Shown in pieces: positions 46,592 to 56,459 of a stretch of DNA of 64,000 nucleotides. The DNA comes from Candidatus Doudnabacteria bacterium RIFCSPHIGHO2_01_FULL_46_14. GTDB lineage: Bacteria; Patescibacteriota; Doudnabacteria; UBA920; 2-01-FULL-46-14. A model generated the notes under the pieces. The model saw nothing but the letters and a program-made list of their open reading frames with translations. It was not told the DNA's origin and did not search any database. Both the position numbers and the translations under genes were made by a program. Position 1 is the first letter of the stretch; every line of letters begins with the position of its first letter. The stretch spans positions 152,168 to 216,167 of the forward strand of contig MFEK01000014.1 of NCBI GenBank assembly GCA_001779925.1, read 5' to 3'.

Positions 46592-47156
46592 AAACTCAAT
46601 TACTTTAGTGCTTTTAGGCGACATTGCGGCAGGCAAGGGCACGCAGGCCAAGATTTTAGCAAAAACATACAAGCTGAAATATATCGGAGTGGGCGATTTT
46701 TCCCGCAAAATGGCTCGCAAAAACTCCAGCTTTACTCGAATCAACAAAGGAGTGCTGGCGCCCTCGGATGCGGTGCAGAGCTATCTCAAATCTCAAATTT
46801 CAAAACTCAAAACTAATCAAGGCGTGCTCGTGGACGGCGGAAAGATGCCGGCTGAGGCAAGGCTCATCCGAGATTTGTTGCGAAAGCAGAAGCGCAGAGT
46901 CTTAGTAATTTATCTGAACCTTTCTCATAAAGAAAGTTTTCGACGCACCGCGGGGCGCCTCAAACACCAGGGCCGTGCAGACGATACGCCGCAAGCCCTC
47001 CGAAACCGTATCAAATATTACCGGCTGGTGTATTCCAAGACCGTGAGATTTTGGCAGAAACAGGGGGTATTACGAAGAGTAAGCGGTCTAGGTACTGTCG
47101 AGTCGGCGACTCAAAGATTGAAAGGAATCATAAATAAATATTGTGGCGATAATTAA
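46581..47156 (+). CDS. Second, divergent adenylate-kinase-family protein
   Basis: GDIAAGKGTQA and GRADD. Confidence 0.8.
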   Translation: MKNKNSITLVLLGDIAAGKGTQAKILAKTYKLKYIGVGDFSRKMARKNSSFTRINKGVLAPSDAVQSYLKSQISKLKTNQGVLVDGGKMPAEARLIRDLLRKQKRRVLVIYLNLSHKESFRRTAGRLKHQGRADDTPQALRNRIKYYRLVYSKTVRFWQKQGVLRRVSGLGTVESATQRLKGIINKYCGDN

Positions 47157-47910
47157 AACCGCGAAAGAAATTGAGCTGCTCGCTGAAGGCGGCAAAATCC
47201 TCGCCGATATTTTACATACAGTGGCCGCGGCTGTAAAACCGGGCGTATCGACTCTGGATTTGGATCATCTTGCCCGCGAGGAAATGAAAAAATTCGGGGT
47301 AAAGCCGGCTTTCGAAGGTTATCGGATGGGCAACCAGGGGCCTAAATACCCTGCCGTGCTTTGCTCTTCAGTAGATCACGAGGTTGTACATGGGATACCT
47401 AGCCATAAGAAAATTTTAAAGGAAGGGCAAATAATAGGGCTTGATCTTGGAATAATTCATAAAGAACTATATACAGATTCGGCGCTATCAGTGGCTGTTG
47501 GTAAAGCGAGCAAGGAGAATGAAAAATTACTGCGGGTCACACGTGAAGCGTTAGAGGCAGGAATTGCCCAGGTAAGGCCTGGAAATAAAATCGGGGACAT
47601 AGCACATGCGATTCAATCGTGTGCAAAAAAAGCGGGATTTGCCGTGATTCGGGATCTCATCGGGCACGGTGTGGGACATGAATTGCATGAAAAACCAGAT
47701 GTGCCAAACTATGGCCGTGCAGGTACGCTTGAAGAACTAATGCCCGGTATGGTCATTGCCATCGAGCCAATGTTTACGAGAGGGGATTGGCGCATTACTT
47801 TTTTGGACGATGGTTGGACAGTGGTCACAGCTGACGGTAGTCCTTCAGCGCATTTTGAACATACAGTGGCAGTTACAACAGCAGGTCATAAGGTCTTGAC
47901 AGCAAAATAA
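47143..47910 (+). CDS. map: Methionine aminopeptidase type I
   Basis: VVHGIP, GHGVG..LHE.P, AIEPM and SAHFEHT. Confidence 0.98.
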   Translation: MAIIKTAKEIELLAEGGKILADILHTVAAAVKPGVSTLDLDHLAREEMKKFGVKPAFEGYRMGNQGPKYPAVLCSSVDHEVVHGIPSHKKILKEGQIIGLDLGIIHKELYTDSALSVAVGKASKENEKLLRVTREALEAGIAQVRPGNKIGDIAHAIQSCAKKAGFAVIRDLIGHGVGHELHEKPDVPNYGRAGTLEELMPGMVIAIEPMFTRGDWRITFLDDGWTVVTADGSPSAHFEHTVAVTTAGHKVLTAK

Positions 47911-47983
47911 ACCCCTTTCAGACAGTCTCCGGTAATGTTATTCTATGGGTACAAAGTCCACATTTGAGAAGGAGGTCCCAACT

Positions 47984-48190
47984 ATGCGTCGAGATATATC
48001 TTGGCAGTTTTTACGGGTTGCCCTGTTCGTCCTTTCTGTGTTTGTTGGCATTCAGTTTGGCAAGTCTCTTCAGAAACAGAACGCCCAAGCGCAGATTGCG
48101 AAACCTGTTTCAGTAAGTTTCACTATCCAAGTTCCACCTCATGTTGCCGCTCAGATTGCCGAACAATTTGTGAGGCAAAATGAGCGTTAG
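47984..48190 (+). CDS. Small membrane-anchored protein
   Basis: AAGGAGG SD; one TM helix. Confidence 0.6.
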   Translation: MRRDISWQFLRVALFVLSVFVGIQFGKSLQKQNAQAQIAKPVSVSFTIQVPPHVAAQIAEQFVRQNER

Positions 48191-48344
48191 ACCTCGACCA
48201 TATTGGAAAGCAGTAGAAAGGCATGTCTTTTCTACTGCTACGCTTCTCAAAAAAAAAGCGGCAAAAAAAGAAGGCGAGCTCGTGGAGGCCGCCTTCTTTG
48301 GATTGTGTGTGAGAATTTATTTCTCTCCTCTGGAAGCTGTTCGT

Positions 48345-48650
48345 TCATGTCCTCTCTGCGGGCCGTTTGGAAGGCTGTACGCGGACTTTTGTGGGACTAA
48401 CATGCCGTGAAATAGAGATCGAAGGCTTATCTGTAGTTGTGGGATGAGTCATCACGCAGACCAGCCCCGAGCCCTTGGTATTTAGCAGTTCGCGTTTGTC
48501 TCTCGGCGCCCTCCAGACACCGTTCTCAACAAAGAGTTTTGTAAAATACTCTTCTCCAAAAGACATCTTTTCGCAAGGTATCACGTAGCCGGGGTTCCCC
48601 GGGTAGGTAATCACCATACCAACATTAGGCAGTTTCCGATTCAGCTCCAT
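48345..48650 (-). CDS. Hypothetical protein
   Basis: GGAGG SD. Confidence 0.6.
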   Translation of the reverse strand: MELNRKLPNVGMVITYPGNPGYVIPCEKMSFGEEYFTKLFVENGVWRAPRDKRELLNTKGSGLVCVMTHPTTTDKPSISISRHVSPTKVRVQPSKRPAERT

Positions 48651-48898
48651 GTTTAATCCTCCGTTTTTAGTAGTCGTGCCAGTTATTTTGCCCTTTAATT
48701 CCCAAGCTTAGCTTAAAGAGGTTGTTTCGTCAAAAGTGTTTCGTAATCTCCACGGACACGGACATCATTCCTGCGATTTTAGATGCCATTTCTCTAGGCA
48801 AAGCCGTAATTTACGCTGAAGGCTAATTCATCCGATACCAAAATTATCACCAAAGATATGTTAACCTCTTGTTTAAAAATAAATAGGTTGAGCATAAA

Positions 48899-49203
48899 TT
48901 AAATTAGTCTTTTGCCAGGACGTTTTGATACGCCGGACAAAACATGAAATTGCGCAGTGTGGTGCAAAACGAACTGTATGCGTTTCGCCGAGCCCTCTCT
49001 GACAAGATTTCTTACGTACCATACCGCCATTCCTGGGCTCACTCTGACAAAATGAATCCGTTCGCTGAAATCATATTCAGGAACGGATTTTGAGAAATTG
49101 AGCGGTTGAGGTTCAAGGGGAATTTGGGCTAAAGAAAGAGAAAAATCAAGGAGAGGGTGTCCCAACTTTAGAAAAGAGAATAGAGAGTAGTGGTTTTGGC
49201 CAT
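48899..49203 (-). pseudogene. Hypothetical gene with an early -1 frameshift
   Basis: AGGAGG upstream; MAKTTTLYSLF* continues in the -1 frame into the 88-aa ORF. Confidence 0.45.
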
Positions 49204-49461
49204 CTCTCTTCTATTGCTCCTCCTTGCTCATTTTAGGGGCTTCCAAGCTCAGCTTGGAGATTTACGGGGTTTTCCCACAAACTTAAAGCTTCGAGAATAG
49301 CGTCATTTAAGCCGCTACCCTGGTATGGGCAGGCCGGTTACGAATCCCCGGGGCTTTTATCTTCCCCGGGCGACCTGGAAGAACAGTGCAGGGTAAGGAG
49401 AAGGGGGAGTCAAGGGAGTTTTAGTATTGGCATAGGGAGTTATTTTATATAAGATTAACTT

Positions 49462-49671
49462 ATGATGTATTACATTTGTACTGGCGGGTGCCACGGGGAA
49501 TCAGACGTCCCTGGAACTTGTCAGGCCATAATCAGCCCCAAACATGGTCAGCCTCTCACCGCGTGCGATTGTAGGGATGGCAAGCACTACGGCCGCATGG
49601 ACCAGGATACGGCTTCCGGCCTCGACTCGTCTCAGCGAGGCGGGCAAACACCGTCTGAACCGAAATCATGA
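49462..49671 (+). CDS. Small Cys-rich (probably metal-binding) protein
   Basis: YICTGGC.G....PGTCQ...PLTACDC.DGKH; stop overlaps the next start. Confidence 0.65.
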   Translation: MMYYICTGGCHGESDVPGTCQAIISPKHGQPLTACDCRDGKHYGRMDQDTASGLDSSQRGGQTPSEPKS

Positions 49672-50228
49672 CCAGAAAATATCTCCTCGTTTCTCTGCTG
49701 ATAATCATCGCGGCCGCAGTGATTCTGTTGGCTATGGGACGGATTCCGTTTTGTAAATGCGGGGTTATCAGCATCTGGTCGAGCGACGTAACCTCCAACC
49801 AGCAGTCCCAGCAGTTTGCTGATCCCTATACCGTGACGCACATATTGCACGGCACTATTTTATATTTGTTCATCTGGATAGCGTTTGGCAGGCGTTTGTC
49901 TGTCGGGCAGCGCCTAGTCCTTGCCGTAGCCGTTGAAGGGGTATGGGAGATTCTGGAAAATACGGATTTTATCATCAATCGTTACCGCGAACAGACATTT
50001 TCTTATGACTATTACGGAGATAGCGTGTTCAACTCGGTTGGCGATATTATTGCCATGATGATTGGTTTCATAGCGGCCGCCAAGCTGCCAGTGAAGGTAT
50101 CTGTTATCTGCTCGATCCTTCTCGATCTAGCACTTTTGTTTTTAATCCGAGACAGTTTAGCTGTAAATATCATCATGCTTATCCATCCGATTGAGGCAAT
50201 TAAAACTTGGCAGCTGGGGAAACTATGA
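49668..50228 (+). CDS. DUF2585-like membrane protein
   Basis: MGR.P.C.CG..., SQ..DPYT.THILHG, WEILENT and Y.GDS..NS. Confidence 0.8.
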   Translation: MTRKYLLVSLLIIIAAAVILLAMGRIPFCKCGVISIWSSDVTSNQQSQQFADPYTVTHILHGTILYLFIWIAFGRRLSVGQRLVLAVAVEGVWEILENTDFIINRYREQTFSYDYYGDSVFNSVGDIIAMMIGFIAAAKLPVKVSVICSILLDLALLFLIRDSLAVNIIMLIHPIEAIKTWQLGKL

Positions 50229-50758
50229 TAAAAACCATTGCCTTTGGCGGCGGGTGTTTTTGGTGTACCGAGGCGGTTTTTAAAATGCTCAAAGGCGTTT
50301 CATCTGTATTGCCGGGGTACTCGGGCGGGCAGTCAGCAAATCCGACTTATGAACAAATTTCCACAGGTAGCACCGGCCATGTTGAGGTGGCAAAGGTCGA
50401 TTACGACCCTTCGCTGGTGTCATTTCGGGATTTACTGACAGTATTTTTTTCTTCGCATGACCCTACAACCCTGGATCGCCAAGGTGATGACATTGGATCC
50501 CAGTACCGGTCAGTTATTTTTTATGAGGACCCAGAGCAGAAACGGGAGATTGAAAAATTCATCGCTGAATTGAATGCTGCAAACGAACACGGAGCACCTA
50601 TAATCACCCAAATCGAGCAGTTGGGAAAATTTTATCCAGCGGAGGATTACCACCGGGATTATTACGCTCAAAACTCAGACAAGCCGTACTGTCAGATTGT
50701 CATTAACCCGAAACTCGCCAAACTTCGAGGAAAATTTGCCAAGCTCTTGAAAGGTTGA
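50225..50758 (+). CDS. msrA: Peptide-methionine (S)-sulfoxide reductase
   Basis: GGGCFWC, HDPT, QYRS and AEDYH. Confidence 0.97.
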   Translation: MIKTIAFGGGCFWCTEAVFKMLKGVSSVLPGYSGGQSANPTYEQISTGSTGHVEVAKVDYDPSLVSFRDLLTVFFSSHDPTTLDRQGDDIGSQYRSVIFYEDPEQKREIEKFIAELNAANEHGAPIITQIEQLGKFYPAEDYHRDYYAQNSDKPYCQIVINPKLAKLRGKFAKLLKG

Positions 50759-50855
50759 GTGGTTTAATATATGAGCCACGTATGGAATCTAAAGTTGCTA
50801 ACGGGAGGAGGAAATGAGGCTTCTAATTAACTAAGATTACAGGATTTTTAACAGA

Positions 50856-51692
50856 GTGAAGCACTTCAAACTTTTCGTGATACTAGTCTTTATCCTAGTT
50901 GGTTTTACCCTCAAGGACCGTTTCACTTTGCCCAAGGTGGAATATCTTGGCGCTCGGATAGATGATCTGGAAAAACGGATTTCCACGTCTGATCCTTTGC
51001 GCGCTGGTGGAGATTCCCCAGCCGCTTTTCTCACACGCGCCGGGATCATAAAACACACGAATGACCATCGCCAGGAAAACGGTTTGGCGATATTGCTGGG
51101 AAATACAAAACTCAATGAAGCTGCCAGCAAAAAGGTTCAGGATATGTTTGCTGGCCAGTATTTTGCCCATGTTTCGCCGGAAGGCAAACAAGCTTCGGAT
51201 TTGGCGACATTTGTTGGTTATGAATACATTGCCATAGGCGAGAACCTCGCGCTTGGTAATTTTGAAAATGACCAGGTTCTTGTCCAGGCTTGGATGGATT
51301 CCCCAGGACACCGAGCAAACATTTTAGATAAAAAATTTCAAGAGATTGGGGTGGCGGCATCCAAAGGAATTTTTGAAGGAAAGAGCACATGGCTGGCGGT
51401 GCAGATTTTTGGTTTATCCAAATCGGCTTGCCCAACACCAAACTCTGACCTAAAAACCAGAATCGATAATAACGAAAAAACCTTAAAAGAAATACAGACA
51501 CAGCTCGTAGAGTTGAAAAACGAAATTGAAGCGAGTGGATGGTCGCCGCGCCGCAGGGACGAATACAATCAAAAAGTCAAAGAGTACAACGATCTGGCGG
51601 AGAAATATAATTCTCTTTTGGAAATGACCAAAAATTTAATCGAACAGTACAACGAACAGGCAAAGGCGTTTAATTCTTGCGTAAAAAGGTAG
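50856..51692 (+). CDS. Exported CAP/SCP-domain protein with a coiled-coil tail
   Basis: YFAH.SP, GENLA, WMDSPGHRANIL and EIGV. Confidence 0.9.
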   Translation: MKHFKLFVILVFILVGFTLKDRFTLPKVEYLGARIDDLEKRISTSDPLRAGGDSPAAFLTRAGIIKHTNDHRQENGLAILLGNTKLNEAASKKVQDMFAGQYFAHVSPEGKQASDLATFVGYEYIAIGENLALGNFENDQVLVQAWMDSPGHRANILDKKFQEIGVAASKGIFEGKSTWLAVQIFGLSKSACPTPNSDLKTRIDNNEKTLKEIQTQLVELKNEIEASGWSPRRRDEYNQKVKEYNDLAEKYNSLLEMTKNLIEQYNEQAKAFNSCVKR

Positions 51693-51825
51693 TCAGATTT
51701 TGACATTGCGCGCACGCCAAACCAGCGAGATTCGTCGTTGCGCGGTACATGGTGGAATCTGATTCCCGAGCATCTCCATTTTTTTGAGTTTTTTGAGTTT
51801 TGTGTTATAGTTTATTTTACTTGTT

Positions 51826-53028
51826 ATGATAGAAAACGAAACAAAACCGTCGGAAAACCCAATAAAAAAACCCATTAATCCAAGACAACTCACGGCCTTG
51901 ATCGGTATAGTTGCGGGTTTTGCAGGTGGGGTTATCGGCTCGCTCTATTTGGCCCCGTGGTACCAGCAGAATATTCTTCACCAGATGCCAGGCCAGTCTG
52001 TCGAGCGCAAGCAGGTAGTAATTGACGAGCAATCAGCGATTATCAGCGCGGTAGAAAAGGTGAACCCGAGCGTGGTTTCGATAGTTATCAGCAAGGATTT
52101 GCCCGAGTTTGAACAGTTCGGCTCTCCGTTCGGATTTTTTCGGGCGCCATCGGGCGAAATTCAGGAACAACAGATCGGCGCTGGCAGTGGATTTATTATT
52201 ACTGCAGACGGGATGATCGTGACCAACAAGCATGTGGTTTCCGATACAGAAGCAGAATACACAGTTGTAACCAACGATAACAAAAAATATCCAGCCCGCG
52301 TGGTCGCGACCGATCCCGTTAACGATGTGGCAGTAGTCAAGATTGAGGTAAAAAATTTGCCGGTTGTGACCTTTGGCGATTCAGACAAACTCAAACTCGG
52401 GCAAGGAGTGGTGGCCATAGGAAATGCGCTCGGCGAGTTTCAGAATACCGTTACCTCAGGCGTGGTTTCGGGAATCGGTCGCAATATTACAGCGGGCGGC
52501 GGCGCGCAGACAGAGAATCTCTTGGAGGTCATCCAGACTGACGCGGCCATCAATCCAGGCAATTCCGGAGGGCCGCTTGCAGATATGGATGGCAATGTCA
52601 TTGGGGTGAACTCGGCGGTCAGCATGCAAGGGCAGCTTATTGGTTTTGCGATTCCCATAAACCAAGTGAAAAAAGCTGTGGATGATATCAAGCAGTTTGG
52701 AAAAGTGCGCCGGGCGTTTCTTGGCGTACGGTATGTCATTGTGACTGAATCTGTGGCTCGCGAAGAAAATCTGTCGGTAGATTATGGAGCGCTTATCCTT
52801 CGCGGGCAAAACCCACGCCAGCCCGGGGTCGTGCCGGACAGCCCGGCGGACAAATCAGGCCTCAGGGAAAGAGATATCATTTTAGAGGTTGATGCTCAGA
52901 AAATTACCGCAGACAATACGCTTTCCGAGATTATGAGGGACTACAATCCGGGAGACAGAGCGACTCTGAAAATCAGAAGAGAAGCCAGGGAAATGTCTGT
53001 GGCAGTAATTTTGGGAGATGCTGAGTAG
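51826..53028 (+). CDS. htrA: HtrA/DegP serine protease with a PDZ domain
   Basis: GSGFI, TNKHV and QTDAAINPGNSGGP. Confidence 0.95.
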   Translation: MIENETKPSENPIKKPINPRQLTALIGIVAGFAGGVIGSLYLAPWYQQNILHQMPGQSVERKQVVIDEQSAIISAVEKVNPSVVSIVISKDLPEFEQFGSPFGFFRAPSGEIQEQQIGAGSGFIITADGMIVTNKHVVSDTEAEYTVVTNDNKKYPARVVATDPVNDVAVVKIEVKNLPVVTFGDSDKLKLGQGVVAIGNALGEFQNTVTSGVVSGIGRNITAGGGAQTENLLEVIQTDAAINPGNSGGPLADMDGNVIGVNSAVSMQGQLIGFAIPINQVKKAVDDIKQFGKVRRAFLGVRYVIVTESVAREENLSVDYGALILRGQNPRQPGVVPDSPADKSGLRERDIILEVDAQKITADNTLSEIMRDYNPGDRATLKIRREAREMSVAVILGDAE

Positions 53029-53052
53029 TTTTAAGAAACTTATAACTAATAA

Positions 53053-53445
53053 TTGATAACTTATAACTTGGGCAGGATATTAGCTTTAGATTACGGCACG
53101 AAAAGAATAGGGATCGCAGTTACCGATGAAACAAAAACCATAAGCATCCCCAAACCTTATATTTTAAATGCTGAAAAAGAAAAATTAAATGAATTCGTCA
53201 AAGAAAATGAAGTGGAAGAAATTTTGCTCGGGTTGCCATTGGGCCTCTCCGGCCAGGAAACTGAATCAACGAAAAAAGTGCGCGAGTTTGGAGCTTGGCT
53301 GAAAGAAACAATCAATTTACCGGTGAGACTTATTGACGAAAGACTGACTACTCAGGAAATAAGAAGAACAGAAACAAATAAAGAATTAATTGACAGTTTG
53401 GTGGCGCAAAAAATGCTGGAAAGATATTTGGAAAAAATAAGATGA
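53053..53445 (+). CDS. ruvX: YqgF/RuvX-family nuclease
   Basis: ILALDYG.KRIGIA, GLP and DERLTT. Confidence 0.92.
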   Translation: MITYNLGRILALDYGTKRIGIAVTDETKTISIPKPYILNAEKEKLNEFVKENEVEEILLGLPLGLSGQETESTKKVREFGAWLKETINLPVRLIDERLTTQEIRRTETNKELIDSLVAQKMLERYLEKIR

Positions 53446-54437
53446 GTGAATTTCGCCAAGATATCGTCACAAAAAATTGGGTTTTGATCGCACAAGGCCG
53501 GGATAAACGACCTACGGATTTCAAACAGCTGGCAGCAAGCCCCATCGAAATGCCGGAAATTTCCAAAGAATGTGCGTTTTGTCCTGGTAATGAGGAAAAG
53601 ACAGGCCAGGAAATAGTGCGCTATCCGGAGACCGGTGATTGGCAGGTTCGTGTCGTTCCTAACAAATATGAAGCAGTCGGCCATATAATCGGCAAACGTA
53701 CTGAGGATTTTTATATCTCCCGACCGGGAATCGGCGATCACGAAGTGGTTATTTCCAGGTATCATAATCAGCCCGTTGCCCAGCAAGATATAGAACTCAT
53801 AGACACAACCCTGCGAGCGTACATTGACCGTTATCATGACCTTGCGCTTCATGATGAGGTGCAGTATATTCACATCATTCAAAATCACGGTATGCAGGCC
53901 GGCGCTTCGGTTGTGCATCCGCATTCTCAGATTTTTGCGATTCCGTTTTTCCCCCACCGCATCTCCGGGGAGATTTCCGGAACGCGGGATTTTTTTGAAG
54001 TAAATAACGCTTGCGTTTATTGCGAGATGATCATGTTCGAAATGAAGGAAGGGTCGCGGGTGATTTTTGATACCCCGGATTTTTTAGTAGTCGCCCCGTA
54101 CGCTTCAAAAATGCCTTTTGAGATTCACATTCTGCCGAAAATTCACCGCTCGTCTTTCAGCAAGATCACCATTTCAGAACGAAAAGCCTTGGCGTGGGTC
54201 ATGAAAGACGTATTTGGGCGGCTTTATGAACGCATGAAAAATCCTGCGTATAATTATTACATCCACACTTTACCTACCAGGCTCAGCTCGGGACGGCGTA
54301 CATTTTCTGATCAGGAATGCTATCATTGGCATATTGTTGTTTTGCCGCGCGTAAATGTCTGGGCGGGCTTTGAGCTTGGCACAGAGGTGTACGTCAACCC
54401 CATGCCTCCGGAAAAAGCCGCGAAGTTTTTTCATTAA
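53442..54437 (+). CDS. galT: Galactose-1-phosphate uridylyltransferase-like (GalT/HIT family)
   Basis: CAFCPGNE, PNKY, GAS..HPHSQ, YHWH and AGFELG. Confidence 0.88.
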   Translation: MSEFRQDIVTKNWVLIAQGRDKRPTDFKQLAASPIEMPEISKECAFCPGNEEKTGQEIVRYPETGDWQVRVVPNKYEAVGHIIGKRTEDFYISRPGIGDHEVVISRYHNQPVAQQDIELIDTTLRAYIDRYHDLALHDEVQYIHIIQNHGMQAGASVVHPHSQIFAIPFFPHRISGEISGTRDFFEVNNACVYCEMIMFEMKEGSRVIFDTPDFLVVAPYASKMPFEIHILPKIHRSSFSKITISERKALAWVMKDVFGRLYERMKNPAYNYYIHTLPTRLSSGRRTFSDQECYHWHIVVLPRVNVWAGFELGTEVYVNPMPPEKAAKFFH

Positions 54438-54446
54438 TTGAATACA

Positions 54447-55184
54447 ATGCGTTTAATCGCCGCAAATTGGAAAATGAATCCGCAGACCATGGAAGAAGCA
54501 AGGCGTCTTGCTTCGCAGATGGAGCATGGCAGCATGCATGAGAGCCACAAGGTGGAAATTGCGCTATGCGTGCCGTTCGTATTTCTGACTGCGCTGAAGC
54601 ACACGGTCCATCACGTGAAACTTGGCGCGCAAAACATGAGCGAGCACGAGAAAGGACCGCATACCGGGGAAATTTCTGCACTCCAGCTCAAACATCTGGG
54701 AATAAAATATGTAATCGTCGGTCATTCGGAGCGCAGAGCGCTTGGCGAAGACGATGAATTCATCAGTAATAAATTGAAAATGGCGCACGCACACAAGCTT
54801 CATCCGATTTTGTGCGTAGGTTACGGCACTACCCAAAAAACCATGTTCACTGCGGAAAAAAAACTTCTAACCAAACAGTTGCAAGCTGCGCTCAAAGGCG
54901 TAAATTTTGAGCGCGGAGGTTTGACGATTGCTTATGAGCCGGCTTGGACTATCAGCCGGGGCTTAGGCACCGCAAAGCCTGTGGCTGCCGAGCGCTCTGC
55001 CAGCGTTATCGAATTTATTAAAGATAAATACCCGGAAGCGCGGGTCATCTATGGAGCGAGTGTTACGGGCGAGAATGTTGATACGCTTTCCAGATTTCGA
55101 GTCATCGAAGGAGCGCTCGTGGGCGGCGCAAGCCTTGATGCTATACAATTTCTAAAAATTATTAAATCGTTTGCAAAGGAGTAA
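54447..55184 (+). CDS. tpiA: Triosephosphate isomerase
   Basis: ANWKMN, GHSERR, AYEP.W and LVGGASL. Confidence 0.95.
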   Translation: MRLIAANWKMNPQTMEEARRLASQMEHGSMHESHKVEIALCVPFVFLTALKHTVHHVKLGAQNMSEHEKGPHTGEISALQLKHLGIKYVIVGHSERRALGEDDEFISNKLKMAHAHKLHPILCVGYGTTQKTMFTAEKKLLTKQLQAALKGVNFERGGLTIAYEPAWTISRGLGTAKPVAAERSASVIEFIKDKYPEARVIYGASVTGENVDTLSRFRVIEGALVGGASLDAIQFLKIIKSFAKE

Positions 55185-55187
55185 AAT

Positions 55188-55631
55188 ATGGTTTATTTAG
55201 GGGCAGATCACAGGGGGTTCAAACACAAAGAAAAATTAAAAGCGTTTCTGGATGAGCAGGGTTACCAAGTAACGGACATTGGCACCAATTCGGAAAAATC
55301 CGTGGACTATCCGGTAATCGCGCAAAAGGTAGCCAAGAAAGTTTCCGAGGATCCAAACAACCGCGGCATTTTGCTGTGTGGTTCAGGCGTGGGCGTGTGT
55401 ATTGCGGCCAACAAATTCAAAGGCATCCGCGCAGGCAGCGCCTGGACAGAAGAGGTGGCAAGATCCGCGCGTGCGGATGACAATGTCAATGTTCTCTGTT
55501 TGGCCGCTGATGATATTACCGTTGATGATACCAAGCAAATTGCGCGTGCTTTTCTAAATACCTCGTTTCGTGGTGAGGACCGTTACAAGCGCCGCATCGC
55601 ACAGATTGAGGAAATAGAGAAGGGAAATTAA
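55188..55631 (+). CDS. rpiB: Ribose-5-phosphate isomerase B
   Basis: GADH.G, DYP and CGSG.G..IAANK. Confidence 0.95.
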   Translation: MVYLGADHRGFKHKEKLKAFLDEQGYQVTDIGTNSEKSVDYPVIAQKVAKKVSEDPNNRGILLCGSGVGVCIAANKFKGIRAGSAWTEEVARSARADDNVNVLCLAADDITVDDTKQIARAFLNTSFRGEDRYKRRIAQIEEIEKGN

Positions 55632-55743
55632 CAATTTCTAATTACTCTAATTTCTAATTGACCTAAATAATGACCCAAATTCCAATTTCCCAAGCATTAA
55701 ACACTAGTTATTATTTAGAAATTAGGTCAATTAGAAATTCATC

Positions 55744-56391
55744 ATGGCTCAATTAATTCCTGCAATTCTATCTAAAGAAGTAAGTGAGGTGGAGGAAAAA
55801 ATCCGCTTCCTGGAACAGATCCCCGAGATCACCGAGGTTCATATTGATTTTGAAGACGGGCTGTTTGTGCCGAATGACACGGTTTTGCCAAAAGATCTTT
55901 TTGGCATTAAAACCCGCCTTGCGATTGACGCGCACATGATGGTCGTGAGTCCGCAGGATTATTTTCATGACCTTGAACATCTGGGAGCATCTGCCGCTGA
56001 CATTCATTTCGAAAGTTTCATCGGATTTACTGAGCTCCTCAATGCAGTGAGTAATCTTCACACCATGAAAATAAAGGTTGGCGTGGTGGTGAACCCGGAG
56101 ACAGATGTGGAAATATTTAAAAGTTTGATTCCGGAAATTGACGTCGCGTTTATTATGAGCGTGTATCCCGGGTTCCAGGGCAAGCCTTTTTTACCGCAGA
56201 GCCTTGATAGGTGTTCTGTTTTGCGAAAAAGCTATCCGAATGCCATAATACAAATAGATGGCGGCGTGAGCAAAGCCAATATTGAAGCCGTTCGCGCGCA
56301 CGGCGCGGACCGCATCGTGGTAGGTAGCGGCATCTGGAAGAATCTCGATCCGAAACAAACAATTTATGAACTATTGGAAAAGATTAAATAG
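55744..56391 (+). CDS. rpe: Ribulose-phosphate 3-epimerase
   Basis: HID..DG.FVPN, D.H.M, MSV.PGF.G and DGG. Confidence 0.93.
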   Translation: MAQLIPAILSKEVSEVEEKIRFLEQIPEITEVHIDFEDGLFVPNDTVLPKDLFGIKTRLAIDAHMMVVSPQDYFHDLEHLGASAADIHFESFIGFTELLNAVSNLHTMKIKVGVVVNPETDVEIFKSLIPEIDVAFIMSVYPGFQGKPFLPQSLDRCSVLRKSYPNAIIQIDGGVSKANIEAVRAHGADRIVVGSGIWKNLDPKQTIYELLEKIK

Positions 56392-56397
56392 GAGCAT

Positions 56398-56459
56398 GTC
56401 ATCCTGAGGTACTTGCGAAGGATCATGAGTTTCTTCGGCGATTACGCTTCAGAATGACA
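56398..56459. repeat. TGTCATCCTGAG...TCAGAATGACA palindromic element
   Basis: Terminal inverted repeat; right arm contains the ATG at 56454. Confidence 0.6.

Noticed and set aside
48180-48410. 76-aa ORF with CPLC
   Set aside because: It overlaps a convergent ORF and a terminator-like hairpin; coding status is unsupported.
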